Origin: Eledone cirrhosa
Taxonomy: Eukaryota
Assembly: GCA_964016885.1 (NCBI GenBank)
Contig: OZ024741.1
Span: forward strand, 233,058,001 to 233,122,000
Length of the DNA: 64,000 bases
Direction of reading: 5' to 3'
Shown here: in pieces, positions 51,488-64,000 of the stretch
How the letters are laid out: every line of letters begins with the position of its first letter
Numbering within the stretch: position 1 is the stretch's first letter
Position numbers and translations under genes: made by a program
The notes under the pieces: model-generated
Databases searched by the model: none
What the model was told of the DNA's origin: nothing
What the model saw: the letters and a program-made list of their open reading frames with translations, nothing else

Positions 51488-51700
51488 TCGATCGACTATC
51501 ATCAAATCAGACCGAGGAAACTAATGTTTCCGTTGATCTTTCCAGTTGCTAATACTATCTATCGGTCGCTACTCCAGGTAGAAGGAGCAGCATGAAATAA
51601 AGTGTCTTGCTCAAGGACATAACGCATCGCCCGGTCCAGGAATCGAACTCACAACCTCAAGATTGTGAATCCAGTTCTCTAACCACTCAGCCAAATGCCT
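51488..51700 (-). mobile_element. tRNA-derived SINE, second family
   Basis: A box TGGCTGAGTGG, B box GAGTTCGATTCC, and GTCCTTGAGCAAGACACTT core. Confidence 0.85.
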
Positions 51701-52509
51701 GAGTCATTTGCAGAGTCATGTGCTCCTATACTGACGTCAAATGGGGTTTCAGACTTCTCATTAATCCAGTAAGAGCCTTCGTGGTATAAGAAGGTCTTAC
51801 GGGCGTGGAGGATCCTTTCCTGCTCAATATCAGTAATGGTGATAAAGTTCCTGATAAAAGCATGTGCATCCTTCAGTAAAGGCTCTGAGATAGACGCGTA
51901 GTAATATTATATATCCAGTTGCAGAAAACGGGTATTACATTTATCAGGCAGTTCTTTGGAACAAAGAGATTGCCTCAGAGATTCTGTTCCAGAGTGGGAG
52001 AGGGGAAGCTGCACGCACCGACGGCAGTATTTTATCGAGGATTTATTTACTGATAGATCCGATGTCCGTGTGTGTAGGGTTAAGCAATCTAACCGACGGT
52101 TTGTTAAACAATTAGCCTTATGGTATTTAAGGGTAAACTGTGGGGTCCTTACCCTTAATGGTTCAGACAGGTCTTCTACTTTAAGTGATTTTGCAATCTC
52201 TTTACCAACTATGTCCGTATCAATCAAAGCCAACTCTTCCACGGTTTTGTAATTGATCGTGATGGAATATTTGCCAGCTTCTCGTAGGTCAGTAGGTCCA
52301 CCTCATAAACGTTTTGGGTTTTATCAGAACCGACATGGTGATTGGGGAACTTTTCATTTTCAGCATTTTGTCTATTAATTAGGCCCGGAATGGTGAGGTC
52401 TTCCTCAAATGGTTCAAGTAGGCTGTTGGTGGGTGGTGCCGTTTTTTGTATGTCTGTACTTGTCTGTGAAGTGCGGTTACTGAACATTAGGTCCAATATA
52501 TATATTAGG

Positions 52510-52725
52510 AACGATCGACTTTCGTCAAATCGGACCGAGGGAACAATGTTTCCGTTGGTCTTTCCAATTGCTAATACTATCTATCGGTCGCAACTCCAGG
52601 TAGAAGGAGCAACGTGAAATAAAGTGTCTTGCTCAAGGACATAACGCATCACCTGGTCCAGGAATCGAACTCACAACCTTACGATTGCGAATCCAATTCT
52701 CTAACCACTCAGCCACACGCCTTCA
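52510..52725 (-). mobile_element. tRNA-derived SINE, second family
   Basis: Direct copy of 51488-51700. Confidence 0.85.
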
Positions 52726-52895
52726 TATAGCAGTAATAATATCTATACTTATATATGAATTATATATAATTATAAATATGAAAGGGCAGTCCTAAGCACG
52801 ACCCAATTACCAGTAAGAGAAAAAGGTTCAATGTAAATTATCAGATGTATTACAGAGCCGAGATACAAAATATAAAACAATCAAATTTTAGTTTA

Positions 52896-52947
52896 ATACT
52901 GACGATCGTTTCTTCTGGACAACTGTCTGGAATCATCATCGGAGCAT
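52896..52947 (-). ncRNA. Degenerate hammerhead
   Basis: Reverse complement AUGCU-CCGAUGA-..UUCCAGACAGUUGUCCAGAA-GAAA-CGAUCG-UC^AGUAU; U4 is mutated. Confidence 0.55.
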
Positions 52948-54306
52948 ACACAATGTTTAAACAAGTAATTATAATCCTAGTCTCCAGAACATTCATAAAG
53001 ATACATTACTATTGACAGTGTCAGTGACATCATATTGAAAAGCAAGAGTGACAAAATGATATTATGTTATAAAAGCAGGAGTGACAAAAAGATAGGTTAT
53101 ACAGATATCAAAGTATTAGGAGCAATTGCGAAGAGTCGAAATATTGAGCATATTATATAGAAATGTATTCATTAAGGTAATTCAGGTGCAAAAGATACCA
53201 AGCAAAAGGGTGTTACAGAAGATAGATAAAAGATGTCATAACATTGAAAGGTGAAATAGTAAGGGTATATAATGCAAAAAATTAATAAAGGCATGCATGA
53301 GATAAGAGTTAGAAAATGAATATATCAAGCATATTTCATACAGAATGTTAAAGAATGTTAAAGTGTTAAAAATGGCATGCATTATGGTAAAGAAATACGT
53401 AATGATAATATGAATAAATGTTGTGTAATGAAAAATATAAGTAAATAAGATAGGTTAGTGTCCTTCGCGAATTTTTATATTAGAGTTCATGTAGAAATGT
53501 TTATAATGGGTGTAAAGCAAAAGTACGATACTTAGAATGTTTTTAATTCTAGTTGTAATGTATGTGAAATATGTATAGTTTAAAAATACGTGGGAAGTAA
53601 AGATTAATTCCACTGTTTTTCTTGCCATGTCAATATAAGTATAAGAAAGATGTTATATAATGGATTCTTTTCTTTAGATTCTCTATTAACGAATATTTCA
53701 CGTTCCTTTCTGTGTGAGTTCTGTTAAGAATTATTTCACGAAGTCTAATGGTAAAAATGTCGTTAAATAATTTTAACGCTATGAATTTTTAAAAAAAGGA
53801 TATTCATAAGGTGAGTTAATAACAAAAGGGAGGTAATTACGGAAGTATTAAAGGTTTACAATATAAAAAAAAGCAATCTTTGTTATTTAAACGATTTATT
53901 AGTTAATAATATCCATTAATGAATACCTTATGCTATCAAGATCTATTTAGAATTAATCAGTTAATCAATTAATATACTTGTTTATTATATATTTATTTAT
54001 TAATTTTATTAATATAAAGTAATTTTTCTTATTATAATTCTTAAAAACTTTTCCAAAGAATTATAATCTATTAATATTTATTAAGATAGATGGGGTTTTT
54101 TTTATTATTATAAAAATTTTTGTTAATTATCTATTAAAAATTATCATTCATTAAATGCTGTTATAAATTAATGTTTATAAATTATAAATTATTATTAATT
54201 AATTATCAATTATATATAAAAATGATTTATTAATATTATTTATTCAAATTGTGGAAAGAGAGTTGAATTATTCATAACTAGAGAGGGATTTATATAATAT
54301 ATCTCT

Positions 54307-54663
54307 CTAGGGCGGGTAAAATTCCCGCAATCCATGGACGAGTTCTCTCCAGCGGTTTCTGCCCCTCATTATCGCTGCCATGTCCTGCGTCTCTAACAGA
54401 CCAGTGTCTGTCCTTAGGGCATCAACATACGTTAACCTTGGTCTTCCTCTTCCAGTGTGTCCATGTAGGGGCTCCCACAGGAGCACTGAGTGCAATGTCA
54501 ACTCTGGATGTCGGTGAGCATGTCCAGCTAACCTCAGTCTCCTCTGTGTCACTTTTGAGCTGACTTTTGGGAGGCTCCCATACAGCTCTGTGTTTTTCAT
54601 CCTCAGTGTATACTGATTAATGTTCAGAGCCATCCTCAGCATTCTCGTGTAGCACCCATCCAC
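54307..54663 (-). mobile_element. RTE-group LINE 3' end
   Basis: DGCYTRMLRMALNI..LYG.LP..RRLRLAGH..WEP.HG..RGRP. Confidence 0.85.
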
Positions 54664-54846
54664 TATCTGGCAATATATAATGGAGTAATTAGTGTTATGG
54701 ACGCTGTTGCCAGCTATATAATTAGTGTTATGTTACTTTAGTAGTAAAGATGGAGAGCATAGTATGGTGCATAAATTGTCTATTTATTTGGTTATTAAGA
54801 AAAATATGGTTTGTATTAGATATGAGATATAAGAAGGAGTTTATTA

Positions 54847-54907
<61 letters not shown>

Positions 54908-54927
54908 GGTGATATTATGATAATTAA

Positions 54928-55110
54928 GGGCGGTGAATTGGCAGTATCGGTAGAGGGTTGGATTATGCTTTCCAGCATAGTTACGTCCCTTTACGATCTG
55001 AGTTCAATTCCCGCCGAGGTTAACTTTGCCTTTCATCCTTACGGGGTTGATAAAATAAAGTACCAGTAATGCACTGGGTAATTGCTGGCCTTGTGCCTAA
55101 AGTAGAAACA
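54928..55110 (+). mobile_element. OK-like SINE
   Basis: Same family as 20370. Confidence 0.85.
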
Positions 55111-55199
55111 ATTATGATAATTAAGTAAGAGAAAAGGATATAAGATAGAATATAGGGTGGTAGGGTTTATTAAAGTTTACGGGGGGTAGTTATATAATT

Positions 55200-57625
55200 A
55201 CGAAAAACAAATTAATTAAACTTAAAGGTAGTTGTAATATAGGAATAGATCCGACATTGTTATAGATTAGCTATTTGGTTTGAAATATTGGAAGGAACAT
55301 CGGTGGTAATGTAGACACGTGGAAAAAAATTTTGATTTTCTATTTAGTAGGTTGGGATTTGAATAAATAATAGTGCGAGACTCAAGGACACAAAGGTTAC
55401 AGAATTTGTTAGGTGGTTTATAAGTAGGCGCCTTAGCAAACACTTCCCATTCTATGGTATATGGTATATTACTTGATTTAATGAGTGTATGTAGGTAGAT
55501 AGTGAAGAGGCGTTACTAAGTCTAGGAAATTCTAAAAGAATGAAGGTGCGAATTATATCTGGTCTTAAAGTTATTCGATGTTGAACCTATATAAACTTTC
55601 GAAATGTTATTAGTAGTGACAGTACAGGAGTAGATAATGTCTTTAATAAGGCAATTATTCCTCAATGGGCAAGTTCCATTAGGTCTACAATTACAATTGT
55701 TATGGTTAATAGTATATTGGTTAAGGGGGTGTGATATTGATCGGTTATTACTGTTGATAGTTGTAGTATTAAGGTTATAGTAAATACTAATGTCATTATT
55801 ATTGGTATTACTGCTATTATTTCTAATATAGTCCTGTACTTAGTTATTATTAAAGGTATTTTTATGTTGGACATTATGTTGGACATTATTAACTTGGTGT
55901 AATTTGAAGTATTTACTAATCGTCTTCTTGTTACTGCTAGCTATATGGTCCGCAATGTTAGGTGTGGCAGAGTAAGAGATTTTAATAGTATTTTTGCTAA
56001 TTAGGTTATGGTATTTTTTTCTATAATTGAGAAGAAAGCTTTAGGTATGTAGGTGGAGACATTTAAGTTGAAAGGTGAATTAAAAAATGTATTAATTCTT
56101 CTTCTATTCTTCTTATGATTTTTATTTATATCTATGTTATTGTCATTAAGGTTGATAACTATATTATTTCGTGTGGTGTTAGGTACAGTATTATTTTTAT
56201 TTTTGTTTTTAACATAATTTTTCTTTATATGGTTTTTCTTGGGGTTATTGTTGTGGTGCGAGTTAACTTTGTTGATACCCTCGGTAGTGGAGTCAGAATC
56301 TTTAATACTATGAGTATGTTTAATTTTATTCATGGCCATATTATGTGAAATAATATTAGATTGTTTATGAATAGATGACATTTTAGGTGTAAATTTAATT
56401 TTATCTCTATGGCCGGAGCGAGCGAAGGCTTCATTATAGTATTGGGAGTTACGGTTAAATATAGTCTCATTATAAGAAAGACTAGATATTCTGTTAGATA
56501 CCCATTTAATGATTGAGTTCAATACAGATTTGGGGTGGTTAGAATTGGTATCAACATAAAAAAGTTTTTCATTTGGTTTATGATAAGGTGTATATGTTTT
56601 AGAGTCTAAGTAAAGGATGACATCAAGGAAGTTAACATTTTTGGTGTTTTATCTATGGTGGTACCTAAGTTGAAGTTTTTAAATATTTTATGCAATTGTT
56701 TTCTAGCTATTTCTATATTAATTTCGTTTTAATCTAAGAGGAAAGGTGCGTCGTCTCGGTAGAAACCGCCATTAAGGCATGGTAAATTCTTATGGATTTT
56801 CGTTTAAGAGATATAAACCAACTAAGTCTGTAACCTGTGCTGAGTCACTAAACCTCATAGTGATGTCGAAGTTGTTAGGTGCATTTTTGCGGGTCCATAA
56901 TAGATCTTCAAATACGATTTTGGTTTTCCGGGCCGTAAGGATAACATCCACTTGGGATCTAGTAAGGTCACTATTATTCATAGCCATTATTAGTGCTTTG
57001 TTTAAAAGGATAGGTGAAATAGAGGTGTAGTATGAATTTATATCGAATTGGATAAATTTCTTATTATTACTTTCATTAATATTATTAAATTATTCAATTA
57101 CTTCTCCAGTGTTTCCCCAAAGGTTAAGATGGAATTTTTGCTTAATTTGGGTGATAACTTTATGTAATATTTTTTTGATAATAATACCAATGTCGGATCT
57201 GGAAGGCAAATTAGTCTAATTGAGGGGGTTGGTATTGAAGTCTTCCTTATGGTCTGTCAGAGAGAATAGTCGGGGATTATAGGTGTAAGGTTGAGTGTAT
57301 CTCTCTAGTCCTAATTTCCATACTAATCTACAGTCTTAATATTTATATCGTCTAGGTTTTTATGAGATGTTTTCTTGTAGTTTGTATACAGTTCATTATA
57401 TATAAATTTTCTATATGTTTCATAATCTAGGCTATATATGTATTTAGTTTTATCTTATTTCTATTAAAGCTTTTGATAGTGGAATTTAGGTTATTTAGAA
57501 AAGTTTTCTTCTTATTGAAATGTTTTCTGTATTTAATTCTTTTAACGAGTGTCACTAGGTCATTTTCAAATGAGTTTAGTAAAGTATCGTGTGGTGGGCT
57601 TTTATATGTTTTGAAACCGTATGAT
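55200..57625 (-). mobile_element. Near-complete but disrupted Naiad-type Penelope element (RT + GIY-YIG)
   Basis: YGFKT..FENDL, FIQFDINSYYTSI, FDITM..DSAQVTDLVGLY, GFYRDD, SNHP, CNCRPNGTCPL..YIG. Confidence 0.9.
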
Positions 57626-57657
57626 ATACATATATTTATAAATTTACATACACACAC

Positions 57658-57781
<124 letters not shown>

Positions 57782-58121
57782 ATATATATATATTATTCAT
57801 TCGCTGTGGCCACAACTTATATACTTCGACCCTGTTTTTCGAAATACACCATGTTGGTCATTGTTTCTCTCTCTGCGAAAGTCATCCCTAACCCCCGTCA
57901 TCACCTCCCTCTTCTCTCATACATTCATTTCGATGTCTATGAAGCTAGGTTACGCATAAATCCGTTGTCCCTCAAGTCTCCTATGATGATATAACCCGTG
58001 ATGGCTACCTATCTCACAATTTCCCTCCCGCCCCCACTCACCACCATAGGCTATTCGACCAATCAAACCTAAACTCATTATCAGCCCCAACAAACACTGC
58101 CATTACTACTACTACTACTAC

Positions 58122-58191
<70 letters not shown>

Positions 58192-58329
58192 GCACCCCTA
58201 GCCATTGCCAGCTCCAACAAACTCTGCCATTTATACTACTGTCCTTCTAGCTCTGCACTAAATAATTCTTTTACTGATATCTATGGATGAGCTGAGGATC
58301 AATGGAACAACCACGAATTAATAAATGAA

Positions 58330-60325
58330 TATGAATCCGCGAGTTACCAAGTACCCATGCGTAGCTTTAATTCAGAGACAGGAAGCATACTCCCCCCACC
58401 CACACCTCCCCGCAAAAATTCACCCCATCCTACGAGTGATGGCAAATGTCCAAAACTCTGAGGTGGAACCATGAATGTAAGCACAATGAAAGGAAGAGCA
58501 TGAGTAATTGTAGAGATGCTAAAGCGAAAGGAAAGTAATGTATGCTGTGTGCAAGAGACCAGATGGAGAGGAGAGTCCGCTAAAGTCCTTGTAGGCAAAT
58601 GTCAGTCTACAAATTTTTCTGGGTGGGAAATGATAAGGGGATGGGTGGCGTAGGTATACTATTAGCTGACAAATGGGTTGATAAGGTAATCTCAGTGAAC
58701 AGGGTGAACGCAAGAATCATTAAACTCAGACTAGTCCTGATTAAGTCAATTGCCACAATAATATCAGCTTACGCACCCCAATCGGGGTTGCAAGACGAAC
58801 TTAAGGGTAGGTTTTACGAATCCCTATTGCACACTACTGCCCTAACAAACGATAATGACTTCCTAATCATTGCAGGAGATTTTAACGAACACGTTGGTAA
58901 ACACCGTGACGGCTTCTATAGAGTCCATGGAGGCCACGGGTTTAGCACAAGAAATGAAGAAGGCTTCATGCTTCTAGAATTCTGCGACACCAATGATATG
59001 TGGATAAGTAATACAAACTTCAAAAAACTCGACAACCATCTTCTCACCTATAGATCAGGGGAGCATTCCAGTCAGATAGATTTTATCCTCGTCAGAGGCG
59101 GGGTAGATGGACGGTTGTAAACACAAAAGCCTTCCCTAGTGAGGAATGTACCTCACAACATAACTTAGTTGTCAGCGACCTCACTGTCAAAACTAGACGA
59201 ACTTGAAAGCAGAAGACAACCTGGAGAAGAAAGATCTGGAAGCTGAAAGACCCCCTCAGCCAGTAACAGATCTAAAGATGTTTACTCGGCGCCTATGACA
59301 GTGAAGAAGAACAGATAGAAACAGTCAATGTAGAAGAGCACTGGGAGTTCCTAAAAAATAACTTACTAAAAGCGATGGATGAGATTTGTGGTTGGAGCAA
59401 GACCCCAGGGAGGAGGAGAATGACTTGGTGGTAGAACAATAAGGTAGATGAGGCAGTTAAAGCTAAGAGACAGACATGGAAAGAATGGAAGAACGGGGGA
59501 AGCAGGGTACAATACATAGAGACCAGGAGGGAAGCTAGGCGACAAGTATACTTAGCTAGAAGGGAAACGGAGGATAGAAAATTCAAGCATGTTTTGCAAC
59601 GTGAGGACCAGAAACAGGTGTTCAAGATTACGAGGCAGTGTGTCAGAGAGAATTGTGATGTCATTGGAGAGAAGTGTATCCGGAATGATAAAGGTGAGCT
59701 TGCCCTCACAAGTGCTGAGAAGAAAGATGTGTGGAAGAGCCATTATGATAGATTACTAAATGAGGAGAAATCATGGGAAAGAGAGACCCTACTCCAAGTC
59801 AGTACAAGGCAGTACAATTCAGCAGCAGCGTAGTAAGTAAGTCAATCAAAGATATGAAGACGGGGAAGGCAACCGGTCCATCGGGTATAGCTGCCGAGAT
59901 GCTGAAGGCATCTGGGTCTGTAGGTGACACCATAACCACACGTATTGTTAACCGGGTAATACTAGAGGGTGTCATACCAAAGGATTGGTGCAGTAGCATC
60001 ATTGTCAACTGCTACAAAGGTAAAGATGATGCACTAGATAGAGGAAAATATAGAGGTATAAAGCTGATGGACCAGGTCATGAAAGTAACAGAAAGAGTTA
60101 TAGCACAGTTGATTAGGGACCGGGTAAAACTAGATGAGATGTAAGTTGGGTTTGTGCCAGGAAAATGCACCACTGATGCCCTTTTCCTTGTGAGGCAGTT
60201 ACAGGAAAAGTACCTAGCTAAAAGTAAGCCGCTCTATCTGGCATTCGTCGATCTCGAGAAAGCCTTTGACAGAGTTCCCCATGTTATAATCTGGTGGGCT
60301 CTTAGAAAATTGGGAGTAGATGAAT
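58330..60325 (+). mobile_element. RTE LINE (APE + partial RT), 3'-truncated, same family as 45241-47900
   Basis: VQETRW, SAYAPQ, GDFNEHVG, QIDFIL, KATGPSG, FVDLEKAFDRV. Confidence 0.92.
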
Positions 60326-61025
60326 GCCATGTTGGGTGCCGTGGAAAAGGAGAACTTCACGGTGTGCCGATTGAAAATTGTGTGGTCCCTGTGTGAAGCC
60401 GGGAATCACTCGTCCAATGCCCTGAAGAAGAGACCTGGCACGTTAGTGTGTACATGCTTCGAGTATGGTGCATTAAACCATGTTATTTTTCTAGATCTAT
60501 TTCTATTTCGTCGTCTGCTACTAGTGGTGCTTGCATTGTCAAGCTGCTCTCTCGGGTTAAGCCCTACTCCTAATTTCCCCCCCCCCCCATTATATCCCTA
60601 TGCATAGAACTGTTACTTAAGTCTGTGGGATGGCCTTCGCTCGCTAATTTGTTCTGGGCACGGTTGTTAGCCCTATTTTCCGTCTCTCCCGCTACCCGAG
60701 TATCCTGGCGTATCATTGCTGGTATTCTTAGTCTTGGTATTGCTCCGGGCTGTGTTATCTACTTCACTATCTATGGTTTGCCTGTCCTGGTCCATGGAGT
60801 TACTACTGTTCAGTCCGTATGCGTTGTGGTCCCTAGGGTTCCCAAGAGCCCTCAACTGTGTATGCGCTGTGCGGCCATCACTTTCGTGCTTAATAATCCT
60901 ATCTATACTCTGCTCTACGAAAGCATTGAGTGCTCATACGGCCTACCACATACGGACGCTTTAAACACCAATTATATAAATATGCTTCAAATGTGTGTGT
61001 GTGTATTTATATATATATTTTTTTT

Positions 61026-61029
<4 letters not shown>

Positions 61030-61057
<28 letters not shown>

Positions 61058-63330
61058 GAAGTGGTTACACGACAGTTAGTTCACCATACCGAGAACAATT
61101 GTTTCACCTTAGAGGATCCTCAGCTCGTAATGCACATGGTTATACGGAACAGGAAGGACAAACGTACGAACGCGCATGCGCAGAAACGATCACTTCACAC
61201 AGGCAATATTAAATTATGTGCGAGAGGTATAAGGGAGATAACTGCGAAAGTTCAAAATTTTCTAGTTGATTATAAAAATTAGGATCTTGTTGTAATTCAA
61301 TCCGGACCTTTGTAGTTATGTAAGAGGTGTTTCCATACGTGTGGACAACGTGTGAAGAATTCATTTCTCATGTTTAGGCAATCACTATTGCGTAATCTCT
61401 TTAGAATATTTATTCGTTCATCAATACATAGCCCACGCGATGGATTGCCCCTTGCGTATGGCTTGGACTTAGTGATGGCTTCCCATTGAATGGAGCAGTC
61501 TATACTTGAGTCCTTAAGGGACGATACGTGGCTCGCGAGTTTCGTGGATGAACGTCTGTCCGGGTACCTAAAGGTCGACTGGTGATTCAGGAAGCGTTCC
61601 TTAAATCGGCTCTCCGCCATACCCACATAGGATTTGACCTCCTGTGGTTGATTTGGTCGGTTGGAAGTGACCACAGCTTCATAAACTACAGCGGGTGTGT
61701 TGCATTGCTGTTGAAGGGGACAAGCTTCGGGCTTACGGCAAGAGCACTCTGGTGGGGTGTTGCTCTTAGGGCTGTTAGTGATGTGGGCCTCCTCGTTCTC
61801 AGCGCAGGATTATTCTAGTATTACTTTGTGTCGGTTAAAGATGGAGCGGTATTTATGACCTATGGGAAAGTGTCTATCTAAGAGGGCTAGAAATTTGTTT
61901 GCCTACATTGGTTTTAACGTTGAGTAAGAAGGGAGGAGAGAACCAGATAGTTTGTCTATTGTTACGCTTTCTTTTCTTATTGCTGTTGTTGTTAGTGGGA
62001 GAGTAATTGATAGGTTGCGAGAAGCCGCTGTTAGCTAACGCCGTTTTATAGTAGGGTGCCGCTCTGTCAAAGATAGCCTTATTAGAGGAAAGGTTTGAGA
62101 TTCTAGTACTGATACTATTTACGAAGTTTCTAAAAACAGTGGGAGGGTGGCATGAGTCCTTGTGAATGTAATTAAGTTTTTCGTTAAGCTTATGGAAAGG
62201 TATGTAGTGTGTGTGTGAAGGTCTAAATTAATGTCTAAGAAATCTACGCTAGAGAGGTCGGTAACTACTGTTATCCTAAGTCCTAACTCATTGAAGGTAG
62301 ATGCTAAGTCTTTTTAAACCGGTGGATGTCGAATATACTATCGACGGAATATACCATCGTCGCGGTATATTCCCGTGTGGAAGTCCGGGAATCTAACACG
62401 TAATATGTCTAAAATAAATAAGCCAACCAAGTCGCATTCGTCAGTACTGTCAAACGATCCCATGGCGACGTCGAATGGGTCTGAAGTTGTTGACTTCTTT
62501 GCTCAGACTACTCGGTTGTTGAAGAAGAGGGTTTCCCGGCAGTGAGCGATGATTTCCCTGTCTAAACCATCGACGGTAGTGTAAGTGGTAGCAAAGTCCA
62601 ACGCTTTGTTTAATAGGGTCTCTGAGATCGACGGGTAAAAATCAACAATGTCAAACTGTGTGAACTTCGCTTTTTGGGATTTGAAGGAGTTAAACCACTT
62701 AATTACAGAGTCGCTGTTCTCCCACAGGAGCAGGTTGGACTTGGTCCTAATAGTCTTAACTGTGTTTCTAAGTATGGTCTAACTCACTATTCCCATATCT
62801 GTGCGTGCCGGGTTTAGTAGTCTACATGTGGGGTTAGAAGTAAAGTCAACCTCGCGATCTTTCAGAGTGAGGAACGCCTCCCGCTTAGCTAGAGATTGTA
62901 GCTTCTTATCTACCTTAAGGGCGGCGGCAAGTTCTTTGGCTTCTGTATTAATGTCGTGGTAGGCCATAGGGTTAGGTTTCTTATATTTGGAAGTAATATC
63001 GTTATGGGCCAGGTGGCGGTAAGTGGTGTTGTCGACTTCGTAAATATTAGTTTTGTCGGAAAGAACAAAAGTGTTATTAGAAGACCTAAGTTTCTTAATA
63101 TCATTTCTAAGTTTAGTTTGAAAGGTGTTAGGGTCTTTGCGAAAGGAAATGTTAGCGACTAAGTCAAGAAGGTCCGCCTCGAAAGGAACAAATTCAGTTA
63201 CCTTAGGAGGGTAGGCTCTCGATTTCAGGTTGAAGGTGTTATTGGTGCCTGTAATTTTGCTGTCAAAGGCTAGGGCTAGCCATCTTAAGCGTCTGACGAC
63301 ATCTTCCGCTTTTTGTAGGAGAAGCTTTTG
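61030..63330 (-). mobile_element. Near-full-length Naiad-type Penelope element (RT + GIY-YIG + 3' repeat), disrupted
   Basis: RRLRWLA, FEADL, DKT, CRLLNPA, FDIVDFYPSI, FDVAMGSFD, GIYRDDG, FLDI, CRKPEACPL, YVG..FKER, CPH. Confidence 0.92.
61090..61127 (-). ncRNA. Minimal type I hammerhead in Penelope 3' repeat
   Basis: Reverse complement CGAG-CUGAGGA-UCC(UCUAA)GGU-GAAA-CAAUUG-UU^CUCG, ~170 bp downstream of the GIY-YIG stop. Confidence 0.85.
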
Positions 63331-63924
63331 GTAAACGTAGATTAAAGGATAAATTCTACCTATATAGCACAACATTCTTCTCATTTTGAGCAATCTATTC
63401 ACCAATCTTGAACGTCCTTTTCTACACATGCGCCACCAGTGTTATAACGATGTTCTTCTTCCAGCTCACCTTTTCCAGGATTTCCGCCTGAAGTTCCTTA
63501 TCCTCCAATCTGGTGTCATCGGGTGGAGAAGATAACTCTCATAATACCGGATCTTCTTGTGTAGGATAGAAGAACGACCTTCTGTTATGAAGCTTAGCTG
63601 CGAATCCGTTGAATAAATAAATCTGGACAAAACTCCAGGTTTCATTTGGGAAGTAGGAATGGTGATTGTGATGAAAAATGAACACCGATAAGCAGTTGTC
63701 TCAATACTTTCATGTACTACACTTCTGACAAACGAATGACCTGAAGAAAGGAATGACATTTATTTAACCTATCTGAAATTAGTTACATTTCTAATACAAA
63801 TTTCCTATAGCCATATATATGGACAATATTGTCTCTATGATCATCTTCTTCTCTATTGTCATCTCCTTTACGGTCATCATTTATATATTGCTCTTAACCT
63901 TTCTATGATTATCATGTCTATGGA

Positions 63925-63984
63925 GCCTGATGAAGTTGCTACTGTATTTATTATAATGGTGTTAACCTTGAAACTACTAGACGC
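63925..63984 (+). ncRNA. Degenerate hammerhead
   Basis: GC-CUGAUGA-AGUU..AACCUU-GAAA-CUACUAG-AC-GC; the cleavage triplet has lost its U. Confidence 0.45.
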
Positions 63985-64000
63985 AACGATTTTGACGATT

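Noticed and set aside
52640-52725. tRNA genes
   Set aside because: The tRNA-like heads continue into shared SINE bodies in multiple copies.
63330-63790. N-terminus of ORF 62779-63429 and ORF 63466-63759 as a host gene
   Set aside because: The Penelope similarity starts near 63330. The upstream part has no recognisable motif and has stops in other frames, so it is left unassigned.

Overview
AT-rich, microsatellite-dense eukaryotic DNA, most likely an octopod cephalopod (inferred from OK-type tRNA-derived SINEs and the repeat landscape). Most ORF-track entries are microsatellite artefacts. Two spliced host genes lie on the + strand. The first is the last six exons (2720-16669) of a receptor-type tyrosine phosphatase D2-like domain with a dead P-loop (VHGSDGVSISG). 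The second is the 5' part (24827-45100) of a signal peptide + Cys-rich/EGF-like + F-type-lectin-domain gene, possibly damaged. The rest is decayed mobile DNA: R4/Dong, Tx1-like, RTE and I/Jockey-like LINEs, many Penelope-like elements (mostly Naiad-type GIY-YIG), two Helitrons, a Chapaev3-like transposase fragment, a hAT MITE and two SINE families. The most striking hidden layer, found by eye, is about 20 type I hammerhead ribozyme motifs (about 10 with intact cores) from many unrelated repeat families. They include U3-A8 core variants, long-stem-II forms, a retrozyme-like unit, fold-back palindromes centred on hammerhead stem II, and a 4.2-kb hairpin with mirror-image hammerheads around an open GIY-YIG ORF. 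No folding or database searches were run; TE boundaries are approximate.
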